In this document: one piece after another, positions 19,863-30,808 of the stretch | Layout of the letters: each line of letters opens with the position of its first letter | Position numbering within the stretch: the first letter of the stretch is position 1 | Assembly (NCBI GenBank): GCA_038231275.1 | Contig: JBBRLQ010000040.1 | Coordinates: 1-61,870 of the forward strand | DNA: 61,870 nucleotides | Direction of reading: 5' to 3' | Source of the DNA: Polyangiales bacterium | GTDB taxonomy: Bacteria; Myxococcota_A; Polyangia; Polyangiales; Polyangiaceae | Position numbers and translations under genes: made by a program | Notes under the pieces: generated by a model | Databases searched by the model: none | What the model was told of the DNA's origin: nothing | The model's input: only the letters and a program-made list of their open reading frames with translations

Positions 19863-21821
19863 GTGTCTTTCGTCACGGCGCTCGCGCTCGCCATCGGACT
19901 CCTCGTGGCGGCGCCTTACCTCGCGCATCGCCTGAGGCGGCGTCGCGCCGAGGATCGCCCGTTCGCGGCGGCGCACCTGGTACCTCCTGCGCCTCCAAAG
20001 GCGCGGAGGCGCGCCGAGCTCGAGGACAAGGCACTCTTCACGACGCGCGCGCTCGCGATCGTCGCGCTGGCGGCGCTCGGCGCCTCGCCGCTGGTGCGGT
20101 GCCAACGCCTCGCGCTCCAGCGCTCGGGCGGCGCGTCGGTGGCGCTCGCGATCGTCCTCGACGACTCGCTCAGCATGCGCGCGAAGGACGGTGGGGCGAC
20201 GCGCTTCGAGAAGGCCCGCATCGGCGCGCGCGAGCTCTTGTCGTCGGCGCGCGAGGGGGACGCGGTCGCGATTGTCCTCGCCGGCGCACCGGCGCGCGTC
20301 GCGCTGGCGGCGACGACCGATCTCGGCGCGGCGCGCGCGGCGCTCGACGGTCTCGCGGAGGCCGATCGCGCGACCGATCTCGACGGCGCGCTGGCGATGG
20401 CGCGCGCGCTGGTTGGGCAGCTTCCGCAGATCGACAAGCGCGTCGTCGTGCTCAGCGATCTGGCGGACGGTCGACCGGACGGGCCGCCGGTCGGCGAGAA
20501 CAGCGCGCTGCCCGTGTGGGTCGCGCTCCCGGAGCTGCGCACGCCGGTCGTCGACTGCGCCATCCTGACGGCCGATCGCGTCGCGTCCCGCGTGCGGGTC
20601 CGCGTCGTGTGCAGCTTCGGCGCTACCGCCGCCGGCCGGGAGGTCGCGCTCTTCGCCGGGGACAAGGAGCTCTCGCGCTCGCCCGCCCCCACCACGTCGC
20701 CGGGCGAGGTCACGTTGGCCCTCCTCAAGGACGATCCGATCGACGTCGTCGCGCGCCTCACGGGAACCGACGCGATCGCCGCCGACGACGAGGCGTTCGT
20801 CGTCGTCGAGGCGGGACCTGGCGCGATCGCCGTGGTCGCCGAGGCCGCCGACGAGACCGCCGCGACCGGCGGCGCGCCGATCCTCGAGCAGGCCCTCGCC
20901 GCGCTTCGCCTCGACATCGCGGTGCGGCCCGTCCCGGCGCTGCCCGATCGCGCCGAAGATCTCGCGGCGTTCGCCGGCGTAGTCCTCGACGATCCGCCGG
21001 GCCTCACGCCCGAGCAGCGCCACGCGCTGGGCGCGTTCGTCGAGCAAGGGGGAACCGTGCTCGTCGCGCTGGGCCCGCGCTCCGCGGCGGCTCCGCTGGG
21101 CGCGTCGCTCGAGCCGATCCTCGCGCGCGGCGTGTCGTGGGGCGCGTCCCCCGTGCCAGGTATGAACGCCGACTCCGCCGCGCCGCTCCTCGCCGACTCG
21201 GCGCAGAGCCTCGTCGATCTCGCGCCGCGCGGCCGCATCACGCTCGCCGCCGAGGACGTCAAGCTGCTCGAAATCCTCGCCGCGTGGAAGGACGGTCCGC
21301 CGCTCTTCGCGCGCCGTTCCCTCGGGCGCGGCGACGCGTGGCTCTCGACGCTCCCGTTTGCCGTCGACGCCAGCGATCTCACGCTCCGCCCCGGCTTCCT
21401 CGCGTTCCTCGACGCGTGGGTCGGCGAAGCACGCCTCCGCGCATCGCCGCGCCGCACGGACGTCGGGCAACCGTGGCTCTTCGCGGGCGCCCGCGCCGGA
21501 GACCTCAAAGTCGACGGTCCGCTCGGCGCGGTCGCGGTCGCCGGCGAGGCGGGCGTCGCGCGCGTCGTCCCCACCCGCCTAGGCGCCTACCGCATCGTCG
21601 AGGCGGGAAAGTCCCAGCTGCGCGTCGCCGCGCCGGTCGCGCGCGAGATCGATCTCCGTCCGCGCACGGCCGTCGCGGCGACCGGTGGCGACGGGCTCGG
21701 CGATCGCCACGCCTCGGTCGACGTCTCGTGGGCGATCGCGCTCCTCCTCCTCGCGCTGATGACCGGCGAGATCGGCCTCCGCCTTCGCGCCCGCACGCGC
21801 CTCGCCGCCGCCGAGACGTGA
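19863..21821 (+). CDS. BatA-like N-terminal / vWA domain membrane protein
   Basis: N-terminal TM with PYLAH, MIDAS DDSLSM..T..SD, GATase-like region, C-terminal TM. Confidence 0.88.
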   Translation: MSFVTALALAIGLLVAAPYLAHRLRRRRAEDRPFAAAHLVPPAPPKARRRAELEDKALFTTRALAIVALAALGASPLVRCQRLALQRSGGASVALAIVLDDSLSMRAKDGGATRFEKARIGARELLSSAREGDAVAIVLAGAPARVALAATTDLGAARAALDGLAEADRATDLDGALAMARALVGQLPQIDKRVVVLSDLADGRPDGPPVGENSALPVWVALPELRTPVVDCAILTADRVASRVRVRVVCSFGATAAGREVALFAGDKELSRSPAPTTSPGEVTLALLKDDPIDVVARLTGTDAIAADDEAFVVVEAGPGAIAVVAEAADETAATGGAPILEQALAALRLDIAVRPVPALPDRAEDLAAFAGVVLDDPPGLTPEQRHALGAFVEQGGTVLVALGPRSAAAPLGASLEPILARGVSWGASPVPGMNADSAAPLLADSAQSLVDLAPRGRITLAAEDVKLLEILAAWKDGPPLFARRSLGRGDAWLSTLPFAVDASDLTLRPGFLAFLDAWVGEARLRASPRRTDVGQPWLFAGARAGDLKVDGPLGAVAVAGEAGVARVVPTRLGAYRIVEAGKSQLRVAAPVAREIDLRPRTAVAATGGDGLGDRHASVDVSWAIALLLLALMTGEIGLRLRARTRLAAAET

Positions 21822-21849
21822 TCGGCACAAAGGTAGTAACGTACCGCCC

Positions 21850-22419
21850 GTGAAACGGTCGCCCCTCCTCCGCCACCTCATCGGCCCGCTCGGCCTCGTC
21901 TGCTTGCTCGGCGCGTCCGCGTGCCATAGCGCCGGGCCTTACGGCTACGCGCCCAACTACGTCCCGACCGACGACGAGGAGCGTGCCCAGAGCGGCGCCA
22001 CGGAGTACGACCCCGTGATGTTCCAGCGCGATCCCGACGGGTGGCGCAAGAAGCGGGTCACCCTCTTCGGCGTCGTCACGCAGCGCGCGGCGGGGCCCGG
22101 CGGCGGCGCGTACCTCACGCTCAGCGTGCGGCGCCTCGAGCCGCGCAACCTCTGCGACAACGCGAACGACGAGGACTCCTGCCGCGTCACCGTGAGCGAC
22201 CGCGACTTCGGCGTCGTTCACGCGGTCGCGCCGCTGCGGCCCGACGACGACTTCGGCGAGCGCGGGATGGGCAGCGGCTCGCTCGTCCGCGTCTTCGGCA
22301 CGTTCGGCCAGGACCTCGATCCGAACGACGGCCAGCCGGTCATGCGCGTCACGACGTACCGTCACTGGCCCCGCAATTTCTACGTCACGCGCGCCAGCGC
22401 CGTCCACATGAGGCAGTGA
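21850..22419 (+). CDS. Lipoprotein, possible OB-fold
   Basis: Lipobox ASA-C; ..VTLFGVV.. and GSLVRVFG strand pattern. Confidence 0.78.
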   Translation: MKRSPLLRHLIGPLGLVCLLGASACHSAGPYGYAPNYVPTDDEERAQSGATEYDPVMFQRDPDGWRKKRVTLFGVVTQRAAGPGGGAYLTLSVRRLEPRNLCDNANDEDSCRVTVSDRDFGVVHAVAPLRPDDDFGERGMGSGSLVRVFGTFGQDLDPNDGQPVMRVTTYRHWPRNFYVTRASAVHMRQ

Positions 22420-23612
22420 TGCTGGCGCTGTCGCCCGACGGCCTCACCGTTCGGCTGCCCGCCCTCGCGACAGCGCACTCGCACGCGTTCCAGTTCGCGA
22501 TGCGCGGAACGTCGCAGCGCCGCGGCCCAGATCCTGACGGCGCGTCCGCGTCTGCCGCGGCGCGGTCTACCCCCGTCGACGACTTCTGGACGTGGCGCGG
22601 GCAGATGTACCGCGCGGCCGCCGCGCTCGATCCGGAGTCGATCGGCGTCGTGAGCCGCGCCGCTTTTCGGGAGCTTCGCCGCGCCGGCGTGCGCACCGTC
22701 GGCGAGTTCCACTACGTTCACCACCAGCCCGACGGCACGCCGTACGCCGAGCGGACGATCCTGAGCGACGCGGTCATCGCCGCCGCCAAGGCCGAGGGGC
22801 TCCGCGTCGCGCTCCTCCGCGTGGCATACCATCGCGCGGGGCCGGGCCGGCCGGCCGAGGCTGGACAACGGCGCTTCTGCGACGCCGCGGTGGAGGACGT
22901 TTTGCGTGACGTCGACGCGTTGCGTGTAAAATACAAGGATGACCCGAACGTGCGCGTCGGCCTCGCGCCCCACTCGGTGCGCGCCGTGCCGCCGTCGTGG
23001 CTGAGGCCGCTCGCCGAGTATGCCGACGCCCACGGGCTCCCGTTTCACATGCACGTCGCAGAGCAGGCGCGCGAGGTCGACGAGTGCGTCGCCGAGACCG
23101 GCAAGCGCCCCATCGAGCTCCTCGCCGAGAGCGGAGTCCTGTCGTCGCGCTTCGTCGGTGTGCACTGCACGAACCTCACGGCGGCGGAGGCGCGCTTGCT
23201 CGGCGAGGCGAAGGGCTTCGCGTGCATTTGCGCCACCACCGAGCGAGACTTGGGCGACGGCCTGCCCGACATCTCGGCGCTGCGCGCGAGCGGTGCGCGT
23301 CTGTGCACCGGGATCGACAGCCACGTCGTGACGGATCCCATCGATGACCTCCGCGCGCTCGAGACGCACGAGCGCCTTCGGACGCGCGCGCGCATCACGT
23401 ATCAGCCGGCGGGGGGCACGCTCGCCGAGCAGCTGTGGCTCGAAGGGTCGACGCTCGGGGCGATCGCGTGCGGGTTCGCCGACGCGGGCGGGGTGGTAAC
23501 GATTCCGCGCAATCATCCGTCGATCGCGCTCGCGGAGGAGGCGAACCTGCTGGACGCGATCGTGTTCAGCGGCGGGCCTGGCTTGATCTCGGCACTCGAG
23601 GCCACCGGATAG
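22419..23612 (+). CDS. hutF: Formimidoylglutamate deiminase (amidohydrolase)
   Basis: AHSHAFQ, DDFWTWR..MY, VGEFHYVHH, APHSVRAV, HMHVAEQ, TTERDLGDG, DSH. Confidence 0.9.
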   Translation: MLALSPDGLTVRLPALATAHSHAFQFAMRGTSQRRGPDPDGASASAAARSTPVDDFWTWRGQMYRAAAALDPESIGVVSRAAFRELRRAGVRTVGEFHYVHHQPDGTPYAERTILSDAVIAAAKAEGLRVALLRVAYHRAGPGRPAEAGQRRFCDAAVEDVLRDVDALRVKYKDDPNVRVGLAPHSVRAVPPSWLRPLAEYADAHGLPFHMHVAEQAREVDECVAETGKRPIELLAESGVLSSRFVGVHCTNLTAAEARLLGEAKGFACICATTERDLGDGLPDISALRASGARLCTGIDSHVVTDPIDDLRALETHERLRTRARITYQPAGGTLAEQLWLEGSTLGAIACGFADAGGVVTIPRNHPSIALAEEANLLDAIVFSGGPGLISALEATG

Positions 23613-23677
23613 CTATTTCTGCGGTCGCGGAATTGTTTTGCGTGCGAAATATCCGCGTGCGGGTCACACTTCCGTCG

Positions 23678-25063
23678 ATGAAACGTCACAGGAGCATCGG
23701 CGCCGCGGTGGCCCTCGCGCTCGTCGGTGTGGCCGGGTCGTCCCGCGCGGCCACGCGTGAGGACGTCGCGCGCGCGAACGCGCCGATCTTCCTTCAGGAG
23801 ACGAAGGATCCCGTCAAGGATCTTTTCACCGCGTACGACTTCGACGGCAACTGGAACGGCGACGACAACGCCGAGAACATGGAGTGCTGGTCGGATTCTG
23901 CCAAGTGCACGACCGCCGACAATCCCGGCGGTGAGTGCGCCGGACAGAAGTGCCCCCTCGTCGCGACGGTCTACTTCACCGTCATCGAGACGGCGACGCA
24001 CTACTTCGTCCAATACCTCCCGTACCACCCGCTCGACTTCAAGGCGACGAACGGCCACGAGCACGACACCGAGAGCGTGCTCCTCGTGATCGCGAAGGAC
24101 GGCACGCCGGCCGGGCACATCCAGGCGATGGAGACGCGCTTCCACACCGTCTGGTACCAGTACGCCGGCGATCAGGCCGTGAAGGGCGGCGCCGACAACA
24201 TCGACGGGCCCGTTCACCTCGACGCCACCAGCGGGCGGCCGATGGTCCACGTGCAGATGGTCGGCCACGGCTTCTGCGGCGGCTTCGCCCCGCGCAACGA
24301 CGCGTTCCCCGATCTGCAGCTGACGTGCACGCACTCCGACGCGCCGCACTTCGCGACGCAAGGCGTCCGCTACTCACCCGATCTCCCCGCGAAGATGCCG
24401 GTGCCCGTCGATAACCAGGCCGTCGACGCCGGCTACACGCTCGTCGAGCTGCGAACCTCGATGTGGACGCACATCAAAGAGATCGGGCCCGGCAAGGCGT
24501 TCGGCGCGGCGATCGACTTCAAGGGCGAGCGCTGCGCGACGTTCGCGTGCCCGACCCAATTCGGCGGGAATTTTCAGGGAAATGAGGGGCTCTCGCCCGG
24601 CGAGCCGTGGGCCCAGCCAGGCGGCACCGGCGTCGGCGCCGACGGCGATCAGTTCTTCGATCCGGCGTACACGATGAGCAAACGCTTCACCTTCCCGACG
24701 CCGTTCGCGCTCGACTACTGCTTCGATCCATACCTCGGCGTCGCCGACACGTGCGCCGGCAGCGCGCTCGACGGAGGCCTTGGCGACGGCGGCCCGCTCG
24801 GCACGGACGGCGGCGGGCTCGGCGACGGCGGCCCTCTCGGGATCGACGACGGCGGCGGAGGCGGTGGGGGAAGCGGCGCCACGGGCGACGCGTCGACGCC
24901 AGGAGCGTCCAAGGGCTGCGGCTGCGCAACCGTCGGCGCACGCGACGCGGGCGGCACCGTCGCGATTTTCGCCGCGCTGGCTCCGCTGGTGGGATGCGCG
25001 TTGCTCGCGCGGCGTCGCTCGAGGCGTGCCAAACTGCCGCGATGCCGCACTCCGCGCTCCTAG
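23678..25063 (+). CDS. Secreted MYXO-CTERM protein with NPP1/NLP-like motif
   Basis: Signal peptide, GHEHDTE motif, DGG linker, GCGC followed by TM and RRR tail. Confidence 0.8.
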   Translation: MKRHRSIGAAVALALVGVAGSSRAATREDVARANAPIFLQETKDPVKDLFTAYDFDGNWNGDDNAENMECWSDSAKCTTADNPGGECAGQKCPLVATVYFTVIETATHYFVQYLPYHPLDFKATNGHEHDTESVLLVIAKDGTPAGHIQAMETRFHTVWYQYAGDQAVKGGADNIDGPVHLDATSGRPMVHVQMVGHGFCGGFAPRNDAFPDLQLTCTHSDAPHFATQGVRYSPDLPAKMPVPVDNQAVDAGYTLVELRTSMWTHIKEIGPGKAFGAAIDFKGERCATFACPTQFGGNFQGNEGLSPGEPWAQPGGTGVGADGDQFFDPAYTMSKRFTFPTPFALDYCFDPYLGVADTCAGSALDGGLGDGGPLGTDGGGLGDGGPLGIDDGGGGGGGSGATGDASTPGASKGCGCATVGARDAGGTVAIFAALAPLVGCALLARRRSRRAKLPRCRTPRS

Positions 25064-25896
25064 GACGAGTCGTCACCCTCCCGGTGCTGCGCTTCGGTCC
25101 GCCCGGAGTTTTCCTCGCGCTCGATCCGGACGACACCGGTCCCGGTGCGCCGACCGTCCTCTTGCCCGGTTCGGAGGAGCCGAAGGTCACGGACGAAGGC
25201 GCGAGCATCGAGGTCTTCGTCCACCTCGACTCGGAAGATCGCCCGATCGCGACGCTCCGGACGCCCAAGGTGCGCCTCGGCGAGGTCGCGTTCCTCGAGG
25301 TGAAGGACGTAACGAGCTTCGGCGCGTTCGTCGATTGGGGTCTCATGAAGGAGCTCCTCGTCCCGCTCGGCGAGCAGACGCGCGAGATGCGGGTCGGGGA
25401 GCGTCACCCTGTCGGCCTCTTCCTCGACGACACCGGGCGTCTCGCCGGAACGATGCGCGTGACCGAGCTCCTCCGGGCGAAGCCGCCGTTTTCGGAGGGC
25501 GCGTGGGTTGAGGGAGAGGCGTGGCGCAACGAGCCGGAGATCGGGACGTTCGTGATCCTCGCGCGCGCGCACGTGGGCCTCGTGCCGGCGAGCGAGCCGC
25601 ACACGCTGAAGCGCGGCGACGCGGTGCGGGTTCGCGTCGCCCTCGTGCTGCCGGACGGGAAGGTGGAGCTCTCACTCCGTGGTCACGCGCACGAAGAGAT
25701 GGAGGGCGACGCGCGGAAGATCCTCACCGCACTATCGCGCCCGGGCGCGCCGAAGCTCAGCGAGCGCGCGACGCCCGACGAAATTCGCGCGCGCTTTGGC
25801 CTGAGCAAGAAGGCCTTCAAGCGCGCGGTGGGCCGCCTCCTCAAGGAGCGCGCGGTGATGATCGATCCGGACGGAACGATTGTGCGCGCGCGCTAG
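25042..25896 (+). CDS. cvfB: CvfB-family S1 RNA-binding protein
   Basis: VFVHLDSEDRPIAT, GAFVDWGL.KELLVP..EQ, FGLSKKAFKRAVG.L.K. Confidence 0.9.
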   Translation: MPHSALLGRVVTLPVLRFGPPGVFLALDPDDTGPGAPTVLLPGSEEPKVTDEGASIEVFVHLDSEDRPIATLRTPKVRLGEVAFLEVKDVTSFGAFVDWGLMKELLVPLGEQTREMRVGERHPVGLFLDDTGRLAGTMRVTELLRAKPPFSEGAWVEGEAWRNEPEIGTFVILARAHVGLVPASEPHTLKRGDAVRVRVALVLPDGKVELSLRGHAHEEMEGDARKILTALSRPGAPKLSERATPDEIRARFGLSKKAFKRAVGRLLKERAVMIDPDGTIVRAR

Positions 25897-26687
25897 CGCT
25901 TCTTGCTCTTCTTCTTGGCGGCCTTCTTTTTGACCGCCTTCTTGGTCGCCTTTTTGGGGGCCTTCTTCTTGGCGGCCTTCTTCGTGACCGCCTTCTTCGT
26001 GGCGGGCTTCTTCTTGGCGGCCTTCTTGGCGGCCTTCTTCTTCGCCACGGCCTTGGGCTTCGCCTTTGCGACGATCTTCTTCTTCGCCGGCTTCGGCGCC
26101 TTCTTCGCGATCGCCTTCGCCTTCGCGACGGGCTTCGGCGCCTTCTTCGCTACCGGCTTCGCGATCGCCTTCGCCTTCGCGATCGGCTTGGCCTTCGCCT
26201 TCGCGGCCGGCTTGGGGTCCGGCATCACGGCGAGGGTGTGAATGAGCTTGCCGGAGCGCTGCGATAAAACCTGCTCCTCGCCGACCGCCATCGTCGCGAA
26301 GTGCCGCTTCATCGGCGTGAAGTAGAAGGTCTGCCAGCCGCCTTCGTAGCCCGCCCCCTGGCCCTCGGGGATGTCGCTGTGCACGATGACCACGCGCGTC
26401 TGATCGCCGACCTCTTCGAGCTGCACCTCTACGCGCGAGGGCGGAGCGCCGGGCGGGAACTGGCTCGTCGTCCACGACTGCACGATGCGTTTGTTGGGCT
26501 CGAGCTCGATGTGCTCGCCCCAGATGTAGTCGTCCCACGCGGTGAAGCGCGCGCCGACGCCGTGGCCGTCCGACGTGGCGCGGCCGCCGGTCATCTCGCT
26601 GTGCTTCGTGGCGTCGAGCCATGCGTCGTAGATCGCCTCGGCGCTCGTCGGGATGACGTCGACGACCTTGATTCGCTCGGTCCCCAT
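25893..26687 (-). CDS. SRPBCC/AHSA1 domain protein with histone H1-like Lys/Ala tail
   Basis: IYDAWLD..H..MTG, G.FTAWDDYI.G, RIVQSW; ~100-aa PAKK/AAKK tail. Confidence 0.9.
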   Translation of the reverse strand: MGTERIKVVDVIPTSAEAIYDAWLDATKHSEMTGGRATSDGHGVGARFTAWDDYIWGEHIELEPNKRIVQSWTTSQFPPGAPPSRVEVQLEEVGDQTRVVIVHSDIPEGQGAGYEGGWQTFYFTPMKRHFATMAVGEEQVLSQRSGKLIHTLAVMPDPKPAAKAKAKPIAKAKAIAKPVAKKAPKPVAKAKAIAKKAPKPAKKKIVAKAKPKAVAKKKAAKKAAKKKPATKKAVTKKAAKKKAPKKATKKAVKKKAAKKKSKKR

Positions 26688-26715
26688 CGGCAATGCCTCC
26701 TCGGAAAGGAAGAGC

Positions 26716-27630
26716 CTACACCCCTCTGCGCGCCGTGAAATGCTTCTCGAGTGCGAAGAGATCTTCCTTACCGAGCCCCTCGCCGACGGCGTCCTGGATC
26801 TCGCGCATGCACTCCCGGTGGCTGGCGAGGGGGAGGCCGACCTCGCGCTGCAGCTCGACGGTCGCGGCGCAGTCCCTTAACGCGAGATCCAGGGAAAATT
26901 CAGGGGAATAGTCGCGGGCGAGGACCTTCGCGCGCTTGCCGATGTAGCTCGGCGTGGCGAAGGCGCCGGTCGTGAACGCCTCCACGACCGTCTCGCGGCG
27001 AAGGCCCGCCCGCTCGCCGAGGACGAGCATGCTCGTGAAGCCGACGAAATGATGCGCCCCCAGGCCGTTCAGGACCACCTTGAGCGCTTGCCCCTGACCC
27101 ACATCGCCGGCGAAGAGGACGCGCGAGCACATCGCGCGCAGAACCTCGTCGATCTTGCCGACGTCCTTCACGCGTCCGCCGACGAGCGCGAGCAGCTCGC
27201 CCTTCACCGCCGGCCTCACGCTGCCGCTCACCGGCGCGTCGACGAAGCGTCCGCCGACCGCCTCCACCGCGCGCGCGGCTTCGAGGGCCGCCGCTCGTCC
27301 AATCGTCGACATGTCTACGACGATCGCGCGCTTCGCGAGGCCTGCGAGCACGCCGAAGTCGCCGCCGAGGATCGCCGCGAGCGCGTGCTTGTCGCTCACC
27401 ATCGTGATGACCGCCGCCGCGCCACGTGCGCAATCGGCCGGCGACGTGGCCGCCGTCGCGCCGAGCTCGACGAGCTTCGCGACCGGCCCCGGGCTTCGGT
27501 TCCATACGCGGAGCGCGAATCCCTTACGGACGAGGTTGGCCGCCATCGGCGCGCCCATCGCGCCGAGCCCGCAAAATCCCAGCGTCGTCGAGGGCGGCGC
27601 CTTAGGGGATTTGGCGACGCCGCTTGCCAT
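26716..27630 (-). CDS. NAD(P)-dependent beta-hydroxyacid dehydrogenase family oxidoreductase
   Basis: [35 protein letters not shown]...N. Confidence 0.93.
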   Translation of the reverse strand: MASGVAKSPKAPPSTTLGFCGLGAMGAPMAANLVRKGFALRVWNRSPGPVAKLVELGATAATSPADCARGAAAVITMVSDKHALAAILGGDFGVLAGLAKRAIVVDMSTIGRAAALEAARAVEAVGGRFVDAPVSGSVRPAVKGELLALVGGRVKDVGKIDEVLRAMCSRVLFAGDVGQGQALKVVLNGLGAHHFVGFTSMLVLGERAGLRRETVVEAFTTGAFATPSYIGKRAKVLARDYSPEFSLDLALRDCAATVELQREVGLPLASHRECMREIQDAVGEGLGKEDLFALEKHFTARRGV

Positions 27631-27661
27631 CGGGCCGTGCTTATCACAATGTCTTTGGCTC

Positions 27662-29785
27662 ATGTCCGGGGACTTCGAGCTGACGACGGTGTTCGAGCCG
27701 AAGGGGGATCAGCCCGCCGCGATCGCCCAGCTGAAGGAGGGGCTCGCGCGCGGGGACAAGCACCAGGTGCTCCTCGGCATCACCGGCAGCGGCAAGACGT
27801 TCACCATCGCCAACGTCATCGCGCACCACCAGAAGCCGACGCTCATCATGGCGCCGAACAAGACGCTGGCCGCCCAGCTCTATGGCGAGATGCGCGAGCT
27901 GTTCCCCAAGAACGCCGTCGAGTACTTCGTCAGCTACTACGACTACTACCAGCCCGAGGCGTACGTCCCCGCGAGCGACACGTACATCGACAAGGACGCG
28001 ATCATCAACGACGCGATCGATCGCATGCGCCACGCGGCCACGCGCGCGCTCTTGTCGCGGAAGGACGTCATCATCGTCGCGAGCGTGTCGTGCATCTACG
28101 GCATCGGCAGCGCAGAGAGCTACCACGGCCTCCTCATCAACCTGAAGGTGGGCGAGGAGTTCCGTCGCGACAACTTGCTCCGCATGCTCGTCGACATCCA
28201 GTACGAGCGAAACGACGTCGATTTTCACCGCGGCACCTTCCGAGTGCGCGGCGACGTGGTGGAGATCTTCCCCGCGTACGAGAACGAGACGGCGATCCGC
28301 GTCGAGTTCTTCGGCGACGAGGTGGAGGCGATCAAAGAGGTCGATCCGCTCCGCGGCAAGGTGAAGGGCACCCTCGAGCGCATCGCCATCTACCCTGGCT
28401 CGCACTACGTGACGCCGCAGGAGCAGATGCGAAAGGCCATTTCGCAAATTCGCGATGCCCTCCGCGAGCGCCTCGATTTCTACGACAAGGAGGGGCGCTT
28501 CCTGGAGAAGCAGCGCCTCGAGCAGCGGACCCTCTACGACATCGAGATGATGGAGCAGATGGGCTTCTGCAACGGCATCGAGAACTACTCGCGCCACCTC
28601 TCGGATCGCAAAGAGGGCGAAGCGCCGCCGACCCTCATCGACTACTTCCCGAAGGACTTCCTCCTCATCCTCGACGAGTCGCACCAGACGGTGCCGCAGG
28701 TCGGCGCGATGTACCGCGGCGATCGCGCGAGGAAGGAGACGCTCGTCGAGTACGGCTTCCGCCTCCCGAGCGCGATGGACAACCGGCCGCTCAAGTTCGA
28801 AGAGTTCGAACAGAAGGTCCACTCGGCGATTTACGTCTCCGCGACGCCCGGCGAGTACGAGCTCCAGAAGGCGCAGGGCGTCGTCGTCGAGCAGGTCATT
28901 CGCCCGACGGGATTGCAGGATCCGGTCGTCGAAGTGCGCCCGGTGAGCGGCCAGGTCGACGATCTGCTCACCGAGATCCGCGATCGCTGCAAGAAGAACG
29001 AGCGCGTCCTCTGCACCACGCTCACCAAGCGCATGGCGGAGGATCTCACCGACTACTACCGCGAGCTCGGCGTCCGCATTCGCTACCTTCACTCCGACGT
29101 CGAGACGCTCGACCGCATCGACATCCTGCGCGATCTACGGCTCGGCGAATTCGACGTGCTCGTCGGCATCAACCTGTTGCGCGAAGGCCTCGATTTGCCG
29201 GAGGTCTCGCTCGTCGCGATTTTCGATGCCGACAAAGAGGGCTTTTTGCGCAGTGCGCGGTCGCTCATCCAGACCATCGGCCGCGCCGCGCGAAACGTGA
29301 ACGGGCGCGTCATCATGTACGCCGACCGCGTGACCGACGCGATGAAGTACGCGATGGACGAGACGTCGCGTCGCCGCACGCTCCAGGGACAATACAACGA
29401 GGAGCACGGGATCATCGCGCAGACGATCATCCGCGCGGTCATGAACATCAACCCGGCGGCGGGGACGATCGACTACTTCAACGTCCCGAAGACGGCCAAG
29501 GGAGGCAACGCCGGCGGCAAGGCCGAAGAGGCGGACATCGGCGAGCAGATCCAGGAGATGCGCCTCGAGATGTTCGCCGCGGCGGAGAACCTGGAGTTCG
29601 AGAAGGCCGCGCGCCTCCGCGACGACCTGAAGCGCCTCGAGAGCCTCGCCGGCGGCACCAACGGCGCGGGCGACACGGGCTACGAGCCCTACGGCGCCAA
29701 GAAGAAAAAGTCCGGTACCCGCCCGGCGAAGGCGCCGAAGAGCTTCTCCGCCGCAAAGCGCGCGACGCGGAAGTGGAAGCCTTAG
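27662..29785 (+). CDS. uvrB: Excinuclease ABC subunit B
   Basis: [48 protein letters not shown]-terminal UVR domain. Confidence 0.99.
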   Translation: MSGDFELTTVFEPKGDQPAAIAQLKEGLARGDKHQVLLGITGSGKTFTIANVIAHHQKPTLIMAPNKTLAAQLYGEMRELFPKNAVEYFVSYYDYYQPEAYVPASDTYIDKDAIINDAIDRMRHAATRALLSRKDVIIVASVSCIYGIGSAESYHGLLINLKVGEEFRRDNLLRMLVDIQYERNDVDFHRGTFRVRGDVVEIFPAYENETAIRVEFFGDEVEAIKEVDPLRGKVKGTLERIAIYPGSHYVTPQEQMRKAISQIRDALRERLDFYDKEGRFLEKQRLEQRTLYDIEMMEQMGFCNGIENYSRHLSDRKEGEAPPTLIDYFPKDFLLILDESHQTVPQVGAMYRGDRARKETLVEYGFRLPSAMDNRPLKFEEFEQKVHSAIYVSATPGEYELQKAQGVVVEQVIRPTGLQDPVVEVRPVSGQVDDLLTEIRDRCKKNERVLCTTLTKRMAEDLTDYYRELGVRIRYLHSDVETLDRIDILRDLRLGEFDVLVGINLLREGLDLPEVSLVAIFDADKEGFLRSARSLIQTIGRAARNVNGRVIMYADRVTDAMKYAMDETSRRRTLQGQYNEEHGIIAQTIIRAVMNINPAAGTIDYFNVPKTAKGGNAGGKAEEADIGEQIQEMRLEMFAAAENLEFEKAARLRDDLKRLESLAGGTNGAGDTGYEPYGAKKKKSGTRPAKAPKSFSAAKRATRKWKP

Positions 29786-29894
29786 AGCGGCGCTTCCGGT
29801 TTCCCTTCGCGCGCGCGCGACGACTCCTACTGGCCCACGACGCCGAACGGTGTGACGCGAAGGGCGCGCGCGGACGGGGGCGTGGAACCGCTCG

Positions 29895-30524
29895 TCAGCC
29901 AGAGGTAGGTTCGTCCTTCGACGGCAACAGCCCCTCGCGTTTCGCGAGCGCCTTCAGCTTCTCCTTCACGAGCTGAAAGCGCTTTCGGAGCCGTGCGGCC
30001 TCGCGTTTTTGCGCCGCCTCGTCGAGGTCTTCTTCCGAGAAGACCCGCGCGAGCTCGTCCCACGCGAGCCCTCGATCGACGCGCAACATGAGGAGGGTGC
30101 GGTCGTCCTCGTCGAGCGAATCGCGGAGCGCGCGCAGGCGGGTCTTCGTCTCGGTGCGCAGGTAGGCGAGGGTCTCCGTCCGCACCTCCTGAACGAGCTG
30201 CGACAACGCCGGCGACGAGCCGAGCACCGCGCGCGCGCGCCACTTCTGACGGAGCACGCGGGTGGCGGCACGCCTCGCGAGCACGTACGCCCACGTGCGG
30301 AGGGAGCACTTCCAAGAGAAGCCGGCGAGGCTCTTCCAGAGATCCTCGGCGAACACGGAGAAGATCTCGGAGGCGTCGGCCTCGTTCTTGTGCGCAGCGC
30401 AAAGGAATCCGAGGACCTGCCGCCCGTAGAGTTCGAGCGCCGCCTTCGTCGCGTCGTCGTACGCGCCACGCTCGCACTGGTGCCGTATGGACGCTTCCAG
30501 GTCGGTGGCTTGCTCGGACCCCAT
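29895..30524 (-). CDS. ECF-type sigma-70 factor
   Basis: Region 2 (DA.EIF..F.EDLW..L.GF...CSLRTW) and region 4 (LDEDDRTLLMLRVDRGLAWDELA). Confidence 0.88.
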   Translation of the reverse strand: MGSEQATDLEASIRHQCERGAYDDATKAALELYGRQVLGFLCAAHKNEADASEIFSVFAEDLWKSLAGFSWKCSLRTWAYVLARRAATRVLRQKWRARAVLGSSPALSQLVQEVRTETLAYLRTETKTRLRALRDSLDEDDRTLLMLRVDRGLAWDELARVFSEEDLDEAAQKREAARLRKRFQLVKEKLKALAKREGLLPSKDEPTSG

Positions 30525-30808
30525 CGCGATCCAGGGAATTCTACCACGCGTGACGGCCACGCTCCTTTTTCGTCCGCCGCCCGTCACATCCGCGACGACG
30601 CGACACTATCCCCGGGAAGCGGGGGACTACATGTGCGAGGCACGGACAGCGCAATCTGCGATCGAGCTTTCAGCGCCGGGCCACCAGGTCGAGCCGGACG
30701 ACGAGGATTGGAAGCGCCTGGCCGAGGAGTGGAAGAGGCAAGGCTACGAAGGGGGCCCGCCGCATTGCATGGCGGAGTACGCGGATGCGGTGATCGATGC
30801 GCTCCGGT

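Noticed and set aside
25903..26241. Hydrophobic Phe/Ala-rich ORF on the + strand
   Set aside because: It is the antisense shadow of the Lys/Ala repeat tail.
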